Under the pieces are notes generated by a model. That model did not search any database. It was not told the origin of the DNA and saw only the letters and a list, made by a program, of their open reading frames with translations. A stretch of 64,000 nt of DNA, from contig CP075496.1 in the NCBI GenBank assembly GCA_021613535.1, positions 13,020,001 through 13,084,000 on the forward strand, read 5' to 3'. This document shows, piece by piece, positions 39,823 through 53,292 of the stretch. Position 1 is the first letter of the stretch. Each line of letters opens with the position of its first letter. Source of the DNA: Adineta vaga (taxonomy: Eukaryota > Animalia > Rotifera). Made by a program: the position numbers and the translations under genes.

Positions 39823-40317
39823 AATCAATATCTATTTATCATACAAAAAAAATGAATCTGAACGTGTTTTTTTTTTCTTCTCGATCAGCAATCTTTTTTT
39901 CTTTTTCTTTCTCATGCCGTTGATCTATATGTGTTGTTTGTTGTATTATTTGTGTGTCTACAAATATTAAATTTAGACGAATTAAAAAAAAACAATAATA
40001 TTACAATATTTTAGATTAAATTTTCATACGTTTATTTATTTTCTCATTCATTTCTTTTACGTACAGTTATCAATCGATGTAATTGGATGATCTCTATTCG
40101 GTATGTTTTGATATCATGACTTACGAACTATTTTATTAGAAGCAGTGGTCTTCGATTTTTAATTTAGAAATTCATGTAATATATGTATTTGCTTCGTCTT
40201 TTTATGCAACGATAACCGGTTATAATTATAATAGTACGATATAGAAGAAGAAAAAAAAACTTAACTCCTTTAACTTTGTTGATACTAAATTCTTGAACAA
40301 AACGATCAAAACTCATA

Positions 40318-41923
40318 ATGGAGAATAGCAGTAATTTAGCGACAACTGCCAGTGAGGTTTCTCAATTATTAAATGGAGTATTAGATAATGATGATACGAA
40401 TAATTCGGCTTCGGCTACAACTGTCGGTGTTGATGATGTGTCAAGTATAATGCGAAATCCATGGGATCCATTTCATTGTGCCGATTGGGATATGCAACAA
40501 CCAAGTGCCACTTGTCTTGCACGCATCAAACGGTAAATCTTGTAAAATATTGAAAAAAAACACTCTTTATTCTGTATGTTTATTTTCTCAGTGATATATG
40601 GAGTGTATTCAAAGATCCTCCACCAGGTATGTTCATTGCACCAGATCCTGATAATATAACTAAAGTACGTGAAAAAATATAATCTGTTCATTTCAATAAG
40701 AAAATTATATTTCTAGATTCATGCTTTAATTGTTGGTCCTTTTGATACACCATACGAAGGTAGCAACTCAACTATTTTATGTTTACATTGTTTAGTTTTG
40801 TTAATTAGGTGGATTCTTCTATTTCCTCATTCGTTGTCCTCCTGATTAGTAAGTCGAATTAGAAAACAAAATGCATTGATTTCCATCTCTGATATCAATT
40901 TTAGTCCTATTCGCGCACCTCGTTGTCGTTTGATGACTACTGGAAATAATACAGTTCGTTTTAATCCAAATCTTTACCGTAATGGTAAAGTTTGCCTTTC
41001 CATTCTTGGGTAAGTTTTTCTCTTCAAAATCGACATTATCTTATGTTCGAAATAGAACATGGACTGGTCCATCATGGTCTCCAGCCCAATGTATATCATC
41101 TCTTCTCATATCCATTCAATCATTAATGTCGGAAAAGCCATATCATAATGAACCCGGTTATGAACATGTATATATTTTCGACATTGTATTATCGAATTGA
41201 ATTAATCATGTATTTGTATTGATATTTAGGAACGTACGTCAGGTGATTCGAAAACATACAATGAAATTATCAAACATGAAACCTTACGTGTTGCTGTTTG
41301 TGAAATGCTTGAAAATGAAGCGTCATGTCCGAAACAATTACGGTGAATAATTATTGAAAAAACTAAATTTAAATATCATTCTTTCTTTGTTTAGAGAAGT
41401 AATGATCAAACAATTCTTTGATTTTTATGATTATTACACCGAAGTCTGTACGGACAATCTGAATAAAGATGGACAAAAAATGATCGTAATTGAATATAAT
41501 TATTTAGAGAATTTGTTCTTTTAATATTTTCTTTTGTAGGATCCATTTGGCGATCGTCGTGGTCAGTTTGAATATGGAACATTATTACAACGTTTAAAAA
41601 AATTGAAAACAAAATTTGAATCATTACAAAATACAAATAATAATGCTTCTTCAACACGTTCCTCTACGTCTTCAGCATCCAAACATCAACAAATTGACGC
41701 ACGTACGCGTGAAATAATGAACGATGCTGCTTCAATTGATCCAAATCCAGCATCAAATGATGGCACTAATCTTGACGATATCTTCGATCAAGATGATAAT
41801 GATGATGATGATGATGATGATCCAAATTCATCAATGGATGAAGACGATGAACAAGATATTGATAATGCTGTTCTTGATACTAAACAAGAAGTAAATGTTC
41901 CAGATGGATTAACAACTGAATAG
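40318..41923 (+). CDS. UBE2Z: Ubiquitin-conjugating enzyme E2 Z (USE1)
   Basis: Spliced [70 protein letters not shown]; acidic C-terminal tail. Confidence 0.93.
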
Positions 41924-42713
41924 TCAACAAAAACAACCTCGATGTAATAAGAAGAAAGAAAAGGGTCTTTTCTTTGTATATTTCTATTCTAATGATATGT
42001 TTTCTTTTCTGATTGATGGTATAAATCATTTCTCTTTATTGGCATGAAAAACGAATCATCAATCAGACAATTAATATTTTCATTTCTCGTTCTTTTTTTC
42101 TTTCACATATTGATTTCTATCTTGTCGTCAAAAATAACATAAAAATCCAAATATTTTCTTTTAATTTTCTCCTCGAATTTGTATTATTTACTTTTGAACA
42201 AAACAATATTTTGCTTGAATTGACAGTAAATTCTCTGCATGCACGTACACATCTAGTAGTTTTCTTTACAGAACAAAGTAAATGATTCAAATTATCACTC
42301 TGATGAATCCTTCACTCAATGGTCTATTAAATTTCAATTGGAATTTAAAGAAAAGCAAGATGCTGTTACCTACATCTAAAAACTAACATTCTTATTCAAT
42401 CAGAACTAAAATTGTTCAGTAACTTTGTTTATCAAATAATCGAGACTAAAAACTCATTAAACTCAATGATATTTTAATTAAAAATCTTACGTATGTGAAA
42501 GTTTTGCGAGAATCATTTATGTAAAGCGTTAGTGTCCTCTATTGTCGATATCTTCTTAATACAAGTTTTCGGTTGGTAGATTAATAAACCAAAGGTTTTT
42601 TCTTTACATTTCAGTTTTGATTGGTTGTGTTTCAATAGCTCTTCGTCATTCTAATATATATATATATTGAATTTATTAAAATATTTTTGACGTAAGTTAC
42701 TAGAAAATTTGAC

Positions 42714-45670
42714 ATGGGAGCCTATCTCGCATCGCCTATATGTGATAAAGATACAATAGATGGTTCAAATAATGATTTAGCTTTTGCTGCAAGTTCGATG
42801 CAAGGTTGGAGAATGTCGCAAGAAGTATAGTTGATACATGTTTTTTTCTTTGAAAAAAAAGATTTTTGTTTTTCTTCTAGGATGCACATAATGCTATACT
42901 CAATTTCGATGATAAAACATCTTTCTTCGCTGTTTATGATGGACATGGTGGCGCAGAAATTGCTCTGTATTGTTCTCGTCATTTACCCGATTTTATCAAA
43001 CAACTTGATTCATATCGTGAAGGCCGATTACATGATGCATTAGTGGAAGGTTTTCTCAAATTCGATTCTCTATTATTAGATCCAAAAGTCAAAGAAATTT
43101 TACAAGAAATAGCTGATGCGAAAGATAAAATTGAAGATGATGATGATGCTAATGATGATGATGATGAACAAATTGATGATCGCGCAACTGCCGTCTTTTC
43201 AACGACAAATGCCAATGAAGCAAATAACCATAATGATGAATTAAATGTTGAAGAAGCACATTTACTACGCAAAGACGCTGAATTACCTATTGAAGAATTA
43301 TTGAAACAGTACAGTGGTAATGAAAAACACCTTCAATCATTAAAGATTTTTAAACAAGCAGAATCGAATCCATTAACAAATGATAATCAACAGACGAAAA
43401 CTTTACAAAAATTAAAAAAATTGTAAGATCTATTTATTTAAATGAAGAAGTACAAAATCTCTTGTTCTTTTCTATAATATTTTTAGACGTGATTCTGAAG
43501 GAAACGATGAAGAACATGTCGCTTCATCTATTGATTTTGATCAAATCAAAACAGATGTCGTTTCACATGCTGATGAAGAAAATACTCCTGCAGATGATGT
43601 TTTAGATCATAAAATTGCTGAGACAACAACGAATGGTGAAATTTCAGATGCAGTTGTATGTTTTTTTCTCTTGTTCTTCTTCTTCTATTCTGTTACTGTT
43701 TATTCTTGATCAGGAAGCCAAACCATCGTCATCTGAACCAAAAACAACATCAAGACGTTCTCGAAAACCAATTTCAACTGATACAACAATCAAAACAACA
43801 TCATTAACACATCATTTACTCAGTGAAAATATTGATGATTTAGACGATGATGATGACGAAGATGAAGATGGTGATGATTTTGAACTTGAAGGGTATGCTT
43901 GATTATAATATTAAATATATATCATGGATTTCCAGCAGATAGAAAAACGTTATAGTAGTTGACTCGTTTTTCACTTTGATCGTACCGTTTGTAAACTGTA
44001 GTTCTCGTTTCAATAGTTTAGTTAGTATTCGACCATAACAGACGATAGTTTATCACAATGGAGATGCAATAAAAAGAAAAAGACTAGATATATATATATA
44101 TATTGTATACATACCTTTCTATTACAGATCCGATGACGAAACAAGTGATGATGATGATGATGAAGATGAAGGCGAAGATGATGCAGAAGAAGAAACAGAA
44201 GAAGAAGATGATGGTGACGAAGATAAACAAGTAAAACCAAACAAAGCAGCACAAATTAAAAAATTGTAAACCAAAATGCATTTAGTTCCTTTCCTTGACT
44301 ATTCATCATTTTTTCCCTTTCAATTATTAGAATGAAAAAATCGATTATGGCTATTTTAAATCGACATACAAAGAAAAGAAAACATGGTGATTATAGTGAA
44401 GATGATGCCAAAGAAAATCGAGTCAGTTTTATTTTATTTTACTTTTTTCCGATTAACTGATTGATTTGTTTAGAACACCGGAAATGATGATGACGAATAT
44501 GAAGATGTTGATGGAGGAGAAGAAGGAGAAGAAGAAGACGACGACGCCGAAGAAGAAGGAGACGATGAAGATGACGGTATTAATTTAAACCGATAAAAAA
44601 TTCTATGTGAAAGAAATCTTTGGAACTTTTAGATAATGAAAATGATGTGGATTTAGGTAAAATGCTTAATATGACTGGTGATCCAGGTTCATCAAGTGGA
44701 TGTACTGCTGTCGTTACTGTTCTACGTGATAGACAATTATTTGTTGCAAATGCCGGTGATTCTCGATGTGTTGTAAGTCGGAATGGTCGAGCTGTTGAAA
44801 TGAGTATTGGTTAGTATTGTTGTTAATTTTATATTTATTTATTCATTCATTGTCAACGATTTTATATAGATCATAAACCCGAAGATTCATCGGAACGTAG
44901 TCGAATTGAGAAAGCAGGTTATAAAGTAACATTAGATGGACGTGTTTCAGGTTTGTTTAATAGATCGTACTATATTTTTTTGTTTCAAAATAACTTCTTT
45001 AGGTGGTCTTAATTTGTCCCGAGCTATTGGCGATCATGCATACAAGAAAACCATGACATTACCAGCAGATGAACAAGCTATTACTGCTCTACCTGATATA
45101 AAAACATTGACATTAGAAGATCAAGATGAATTTATGGTAATTGCTTGTGATGGTATCTGGAATTCTTTGTCCAGTCAAGAGGTTGTTGATTTTGTACGTA
45201 CACGTCTTGATAAGAAACGTTTAACACAAATATGTGAAGAAGTACGTTTGAATTCATTTTATGATTGGATAGAAGAAAATCATTTTTATGTTTAATAGTT
45301 ATTTTCACATTGTCTTGCACCAAATACAAGTGGAGATGGTACTGGTTGTGATAATATGACAGCAATTATTGTGAAATTTAATTTTAATCAATCATCAAAA
45401 GTACAATCCAATGCAGAGTCAGAAATATCGAAATCAACTGAACACAGTCCATGGTCAACAATGTTTTCATCTACGAATAATAAACGATCTTTATCGCCAG
45501 ATCATACAACGACAGAGTTAACCGACAGTAGCAGTAGCAAGAAGTTGAAGATTGTAGCCGAGAATGGCTTAAATGAGACATTATCACCATCGAAAACGAC
45601 TGGTGTTTTCTCTTTTAATGCTGCTGCTGCTGCTAATGCGAATAATTCAAATGATGATCAACAAAATTAA
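42714..45670 (+). CDS. PPM1G: Protein phosphatase 1G (PP2C-gamma) with long acidic insertion
   Basis: MGAYL myristoylation start, [21 protein letters not shown], acidic insert, [43 protein letters not shown]. Confidence 0.93.
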
Positions 45671-46703
45671 GAATATGTATAAGACATGAAAATTTAGAAC
45701 ATTGCATATAAACTTATTTTGTCACCTACATGCTTGTAATTGTTTATTTGTTTTTCGTTGTAAACAAAAGTAAGAAGATGAAAAGAGATGATTTCTTGAT
45801 AGGCAATTTTTTTTGTGTATGTGAAAGGAAAAGATTATATATGCAACGGGTTTTTTGTTTATTTTTGTCATTTAACTGTCTTTTTTTCTTTGTATTTGCT
45901 CTAGTAGAAATATGATGAATGACAGATTTTTTGCCATAATTAAAATTTATATTCTGTATACTGACTATCGTATGAAAATACTTGGACAACAAGAAAATAA
46001 ATGTTTAGAAGAAGGTGAGTGGCTAGCGTTTGAAATTGTGGCACGTCATCTTTCAAAGTACTTGTCAATAATCAATGAGTTTATGATATGAAGAATTTCG
46101 GTATCATAGTAATGAATGATACATTTCACTATGAACGTTCTTAAGCTAGTTACTATCATTGCACGGACATTGGAAGTGTCACGGTTCGTCGTATGGTACG
46201 ATTTCATATTCAGTTGTGTTATGTATGAAGTCTTTTGATTAGATTGTAATGATATTCATGTAAAGATGATAACTTGAATGTGTATTATTAGTAGAGAAAA
46301 CAATAGAATTGTCGAATGAACAGAACTGCAGATTGGTATGTTAAATTGAATTGATTTTAGTTATAAATCTTCTCGAAAAAAATCATTAATCATAGTATTT
46401 GATGATTCTTACATTGAAAAAGACTGAAAAAGACTGAAAATGAAGTAACATGTGAAAGATATATCAAACAATCAAATGTCATCATAGTTTCAGACTTTGT
46501 ATTATCTATAATCAATTAATTCCATGATATGTAATAAAGCGCGTTTCTTTCTATATGAAAACTGATTTAAGCGCTTCAATCATTGACTCACTCAGTTATT
46601 CTCGATACTACTAGAGTACAAATATTCATTATCATTTTAGTGAAAAACTAATAATTCAATATCTTCAGTTTATTCTCTTATCTTAATTATACTTGAAAGA
46701 AAA

Positions 46704-47305
46704 ATGGCTCGATCAACAAGTAACAATCACAGTAGTATCCGAAATGCTCGTGATCGAAATACCAAAGCAAAGACTAGTGGTCGCGTATCGTAAGTATATC
46801 AACACACACAATAATCTGTGTATAACTTGAATAAACAATAGTATTCGAAAACGATCATCAACAACACGAACTCATAGTACAAGTAATAAACGAATCAAAG
46901 GACAAAATCGAACTTCAATTCGAAACGTTCACGGTATGAACAATAGTGCAGTTCGCCATAGACACTCGACAAATGCGGCACGAAGTGCAAACAGAACAAA
47001 GAGCAATTCATCATCTACCAATGCACGAAAGAAAAAATCAAAAACTACAACAAATCGTTCGAACAACAGAAAGAAAGGTACAATTAGTAGTAAGAACAAT
47101 AATAATAGGCAACGACGATTAACACGTGATCAACAAAGTATTTACTTTCTATTATAAATCAAGAAATACTTTTTTAATTACTTCATCTGTAGAGAAAAAG
47201 ACGATGACAAATAGCATTGCATCTTTGATAGCTACAACAGTACCTAATTTAGTTCGATCCGATAATGATTTTCATCAAGAATCAAGTTTTCAAGCAAATG
47301 AATAA
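46704..47305 (+). CDS. 164-aa highly basic, disordered R/K/S/T/N-rich protein (protamine-like/chromatin-binding candidate; 3 exons)
   Basis: Exons 46704-46789, 46842-47137 and 47193-47305 total 495 nt in frame: MARSTSNNHSSIRNARDRNTKAKTSGRVSIRKRSSTTR...RKKKSK...RQRRLTRDQQK...QANE*. Confidence 0.75.
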
Positions 47306-47809
47306 ACAAATCTTCTGATTTCTTTTTCTTCAATCGATTTTATCGGCAGCAATTAAATCACTCTTTATTCAATAATCTATGTTCATATCATTGGTTTATT
47401 TGTATGATTTAATTATCACTAGTCATTTTTCTTCTAATAGAAATTGTATCCCAAAGAAAACTCGACGAACAAAAATTTCATTACGATTGTTTTTTTTTCT
47501 TTCAATTTTAGTCTTTCTTTTTGAAAAAAATAAGACTCGAGTCACTTATTCACTATCATTTAAGTTTTATGAGAAAAAAATTCACTTGTATTGCCTGAAG
47601 TTATTTGAGTACTTTTTTTTTTCTTTTATATTTGAAACTAAGAATAAGTAATGGTTGTCGCGTATAGATCATGTCAAAAAGACACATACACTCTTTTTTT
47701 ACTCTTCAAGTCATTGTCAATGACCATCCGTGTGGAAATATAGAAACAATGTTTTTCACTTTGCATTGCCTTCAGGCTTCATTTCTAGTTGAGTAACTAG
47801 ACAGCCTAT

Positions 47810-47840
47810 TTCTTCTTCTTCTTCTTCTTCTTGTTCTTCT
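47810..47840. repeat. (CTT)n microsatellite
   Basis: Run of tcttcttctt... in the intergenic region upstream of the nuclear receptor gene. Confidence 0.7.
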
Positions 47841-48861
47841 TTTTCTCTGCGTCTTTTTTGTTTCCTCATTCCTCATTGGTTTGAGTCAAAAAGTGTCTTG
47901 CCTTTCTAACAAATCATGGAACGAGGAATGCTAATGTGTACACATTATGTTGACGATGACAAGTGAGAAAAGTGACAGAAGAAAAGAGAATAACCAACTA
48001 AACATTTTCCCCATGATTTATTTATTAATATCAATGCATGTTTGCAATGTAATGTGACACGACTTCAAAAAAAAAAGAGCGAGAAAGAAGAAGAAACGAC
48101 ATGTATTTGACAGAATGAACATTGTTTAAATAGATTTGCTCGAATGACTAAATAGTGTCGATGAATGTACATGAGAGAGAAACGACAAAGTTGTAGTAAA
48201 TGGATCTTCAATTATCGATCTTCTCTCGGGCTGTTCACATTTTTCTATCGAAAACTAGATGATTAATAAATAATTTACCTGAAATAACATTGCCGTGATG
48301 CTTTTCAAGAATGAAAAAAAGAAATTCGAGATCGGTTATTTTTCTAATGTATGGTGTGCGCTTACATCTATCAAAAAGATAACAAATCGTCATAAAGTGT
48401 CTAATCTCTTTTGATAATGTTCGACGAACAAAAAGAACATATGCTAGTACATGATCAATAAAAAAATCTAAAGAAAATGTATTTTCTCTTAGTCTATTTG
48501 ATGCTTAGAAAAATCTAACGAGAAGAGAAAAAGACAAAGAAGATGAGAAGATAGTTTTTTTTTCTCATACTCACTAAAATGTTACTGAATAGCGAAGACA
48601 AAAGCGGGGGAGAGAGAGAGAAATGGAATGAGTAAATGCGTCAAAGGGACAGAGAGAGAGAGAGGGAGAAAAAAAGAAAGTAGTGATAAGAAGAAGCAGA
48701 AGATCATTTGAAACGGAAAAGCTAGTGAGACACGCACACATCCATCCGATCTAGTCTCAATCTCTCTAGTCAAGTGTTTAAAAGTAATTTTTGCTCGAAG
48801 CTATCAACGTATTTTCTTTTTATTTATAACGATAAAAGACATATATCTGTTACTAGCCATT

Positions 48862-50538
48862 ATGCCAGGTAAGACTTGACGTTGAGACTTTGAAAATTAG
48901 CAAAAGTCAATTATGAAATTTGAATGTATTTTTCAATGAATTCATAGGTGAACGTCTATTGAATGTTCTATGTGCAGTATGTGGTGATCGATCATCCGGA
49001 AAACACTATGGTATCTACAGTTGTGATGGTAAATTAAAAAAAAATTTTCTCTCAATAATAGCAAATCTCTCGTATAAGAAGAGTTGAGAGAGATAAAGGT
49101 GCAGTAAGCTGATGTCAATCTGTATCAGCATCAATCTGTGAAACCAGAAATAAGGAGAAGAGAAGTGACGGTAAATAACTTGAAAACTAGTATAAATTTC
49201 CATACTGATGGAAGATGTCACAGATAATCTCATTGAAAATTGAGGAGCATTAACCAATCAGATTTGTTTATATGAAGATATATCAATATTTTCTCTCCTA
49301 TCATCTCTTTGTTTAGGCTGTTCCGGTTTTTTCAAACGAAGTATTCATCGACATCGTCATTATGTTTGCAAAGCTCAAGGTGAATTAAAAGACAAGTGTC
49401 CTGTAGATAAGACACATCGAAATCAATGTCGATCTTGTCGATTAGCTCGTTGTTTTTTGGTCAATATGAACAAAGATGGTACAATACTTTGCTATAGTTT
49501 CGTTTTATTTTTGACACAAATTTTTCTCTATTTATAGCGGTACAACATGAACGTGGACCACGTAAAGCCAAACCAAAAATTCTTAGTGTTTCCAGTATGA
49601 TTCTTCCAAATTCAACAACATCAAGTGGACCGCCTATTGCTTGTTCATCATCACCAATTATGGCTAATGTATCTAGTGTATCAATCGGTAATCAATTCAA
49701 TCGAAAATCTAAACATCCTTTAATACAACAGTCACAATTGACATGTTTACCAACAGTGGACAATTATAATTCATTTTCAACGATCATCAATCAAGTAATG
49801 TAGAAAAGGATAGACGATTTGTTTTCAATCTTTCATTTAACTAGACAACATTATATGAAGCAGCAGCACGTCTTCTATTTACAATAACAAGTTGGTTACA
49901 AACAGTACCTTCATTCAAAATTCTTCCGACTGATGATCAAGTATATAAAATTCATTATAGAAATGATTCTTTTTTTTAACTTTATGATTGATGTTTGTTT
50001 TAGCATATACTTCTCGAAGATAATTGGCATTATCTTCTTATTATAAATCTTAGTCAATGGATGGTACCAATCATGGCTATTCAATTAACCAACAGTACAT
50101 TGACTCAAAGTGATCAAATCGAAGTACAACGTATTTGCGATTGTATTTATAAATTACGATCACTTGGATTAGATTTTTATGAATATACTTATATAAAAAC
50201 ACTTGCACTTTATCAAAGTACAGGTAAATCAAATGAAAAGAAAAGTAGCTAAGCGATAATTCTTCTTCTTTACAATAGCTAAAACATTAATTAATCAAAG
50301 TCATATTGATGCGTGTCAAGAACATGTTCTTTTCCTATTACGTACAAGTTTAATGTCCCATTCAGCAGCAACCTATTCAATTAAGTTTACTCAATTGATT
50401 GGAATTATTCAAATGATGAATCATATATCAGCCAATGCTGTTCAACGTATCTTTTTTCCAAGTATAACGTATAATATAACTGTTGGTAAAATTCTTTGCG
50501 AATTATATCGTTCTAAAACAAGTGAAACAACACCATGA
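48862..50538 (+). CDS. dsf: NR2E-family nuclear receptor, dissatisfaction (NR2E4)-like
   Basis: [67 protein letters not shown]...[14 protein letters not shown]; [12 protein letters not shown]...VPSF..L...DQ..LLE..W. The RLL, GIYSCDG, SIHR and GxLK features match my recollection of dsf rather than tll/PNR. Confidence 0.75.
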
Positions 50539-51147
50539 AATTTCAACTTTTATCTGAACAGAATATTTACTAACAATTCTAGTCATTGTTCTTCTTCTTC
50601 TTTTCGCAAATAATATTATAAATAAATATACGTATATTCGAAAATATTCTTCATATATATATATACAAATGTTGTGTCTGACTTTGATAATGGAAGAATG
50701 TATACTATTGTATTTCCTATTCATCAAATATTAAGTGACAGGAAATTTTTCAATGTAAACTATTGAAAGAAAGTAGTTTAGAGTATCAACATTGACGTCA
50801 CTGTTTGTTACAAAAGCAGATGATGAATAAGACAAAAAAAATAAGTAACCAACTAAATGAAAAGGATATAGCATTGCAAAATCAGAAATAGAATGCATAT
50901 CTTGTTATATCGATATCTACGAATTTTCAATAAGAATAGAGTCAAATGTATGTGAAAATAATTGAATGATAAAACCTCCTTCTTACGTCATCTTTACGAA
51001 AGAATTTTAAAGACAATAAATGGACGAATCGTATCATTTTACCGATCACTACTACACTGCTAGTAAGCGTACTTTTTCCTCTACTAATAAGTACACCATT
51101 CCTATTCTAGTCTCTGTCAAATCTATTCGTTATTTTAAAAATTTCAA

Positions 51148-53023
51148 ATGGATGATCTTGAAACACTTGTAGTAAAACTCTTTGATATTGAAGCATTTAA
51201 GTTTGGTTCATTTAAACTTAAAAGTGGCATTCAATCACCTATCTACATCGATTTACGTGTGATTATTAGTTATCCAGATATTTTGGTAATTTATTCATTT
51301 CTAATTGAATTTTTCTTGATACATGTTTTTAATACATATAGCGATCCATAGCTGTGCATATAAATGAAGTAATTCAACGTGCAAATATAACATGCGATTC
51401 GATCTGTGGAGTTCCATATACAGCATTACCAATTGCTTCTGTAAGATTTTTGTTTTTACTTGTCAAAACAAACGAACAGTTGTTTGTTGTTGAAAGATTA
51501 TCTGTGTTGATTATAAAAGACCAATGTTAATTCGACGAAAAGAAAAGAAAGATTACGGAACAAAAAAATTAATTGAAGGAAAATTTCAATCGAATGATCG
51601 ATGTTTAATTATTGAAGATATTGTTACGAGTGGATCGAGTGTCGCTGAAACGGCCGAAGTAAATCTTCGAATAGATGTTCTTATTTCAATTTGTTCGTTA
51701 TATGATTTACTATAGGTTCTTCGTACAGAAGGTTTACAAGTAACCGATGCAATTGTCTTTTTTGATCGAGAACAAAATGGTGAAAATAATTTGAGAGACA
51801 AAAATATTCGATTGTTTAGGTAAAAAAATTCTTCTTACGAATAAATAGATCGATATTATTTTATTCTAGAGTTTTGACTGTAACAGATGTCTTAAAACAT
51901 TTAGTGAAAAATGGTCGAATTACTGAAGAGATTTCGAAAGATGTTCAAGTATTTATTCGTGAAAATCAAATTCAATTATCTTCATTAAAACCAAATATTG
52001 TGGAAGTTAGAGGTTCTCCAATTCCGATTCGACAACGATTTCAAAGTATAATGAAAGAAAAGAAAACGAATCTTTGTTTATCTGCTGATTTAACAAGTCT
52101 TGATGAAATAATTGAAGTAAATGTTTTTGTTTGCAAAACCGTTTTTTAGTGTTTCATTCAATTTAGTTATCAAAACAAATTGGATCAAATATTTGTATGT
52201 TGAAAATTCATTGTGATATTCTCGATGATTTTTCAATGGACAAAATTCTACAATTAAAAGATATTTCGCGAAAATTAAATTTCCTTTTACTCGAAGATCG
52301 GTAATCAAAAGTTTCCGTGATAATTAGACTTGTTTTTATTTGATTTGATTTAGAAAATTTGCTGATATTGGAAATACAGTGAAGTTACAATATACGAAAG
52401 GACTTTTTCAAGTTGCTCAATGGGCAGATCTTGTTACTGTTCATATTTTACCTGGTGATGGTATTGTACAAGCATTAGAACAAGTAAATATTGTTAAATA
52501 ATTCTATCAGGTAAACGAAGAAGTATTAATTAGGCAGCTGAATCGATCGATGAACCACGTGGATGTTTATTGATTGCACAAATGTCATCGAAAGGTGCTC
52601 TTACGAACAATGAAGATTATGTTAAAGGTTTGTATGCAACAACTTCTGTTTGTTAGACAAGGTCTTCTGTTTCTTCTCTTTCAGGTGCAGTTCAATGTGC
52701 TAAAAAATACTCCGACTTTGTTATTGGATTTATCTCACAATCACGTCTAACAACCGATAATCAATATTTTCATTGTACTCCAGGTAAATCGATTTTCGTA
52801 TGATAAATTATAACTGATTTCATTGAAAAAAGGTGTTCATTTGAGTAATACTGGTGATCAACTTGGTCAACAATATGTAACACCTCGGCAAGCCATTGAT
52901 GGTCGTGGTGCTGATATTCTTATTGTTGGTCGTGCTATACTTGATTCAATTAATCGAGTAAAAACTGCTCAAGAATATCAAGAAGAAGGTTACCAAGCAT
53001 ACGAACAATTACGTCATGTTTAA
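51148..53023 (+). CDS. UMPS: Uridine monophosphate synthase (OPRT + OMP decarboxylase)
   Basis: [44 protein letters not shown]; [21 protein letters not shown]...[19 protein letters not shown]. Confidence 0.96.
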
Positions 53024-53292
53024 AAAGCATATCTTGTTTGCTTTTTTATATGTTGGATTCTATCTCTAAATAAAATATGATAGAAAAACTAAATCTTCTC
53101 ATTGACTTATATGTCATATTGATTTTCGAGGTCAACATGTGTCTTATATATTTTTGCAATTCAATGAGTTCTCGTTCTTACATGAAGAGAACAAAGAAAA
53201 GAAGAGAAAGAAACCATGATCTTCTCATACTTAAGCATGGCTTATTTAATATATCGCTCAACATTTTATTTCAATATTATTCACGAGCAACG

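Noticed and set aside
44012-44063. Potential alternative terminal exon plus AATAAA inside a PPM1G intron
   Set aside because: AG and AATAAA are frequent in such AT-rich DNA; unsupported without transcripts.
1-50538. A 'sex/sperm gene cluster' (CFAP47, basic protein, dsf-like, ELAV/Sxl-like)
   Set aside because: The genes are scattered among housekeeping genes; CFAP47 serves motile cilia generally, and the three-RRM protein is ELAV-type rather than Sxl.
53077-53292. N-terminal 72 aa of the ORF-track 353-aa ORF
   Set aside because: Overlaps the UMPS 3' region; the signal peptide begins at the ATG run at 53293.
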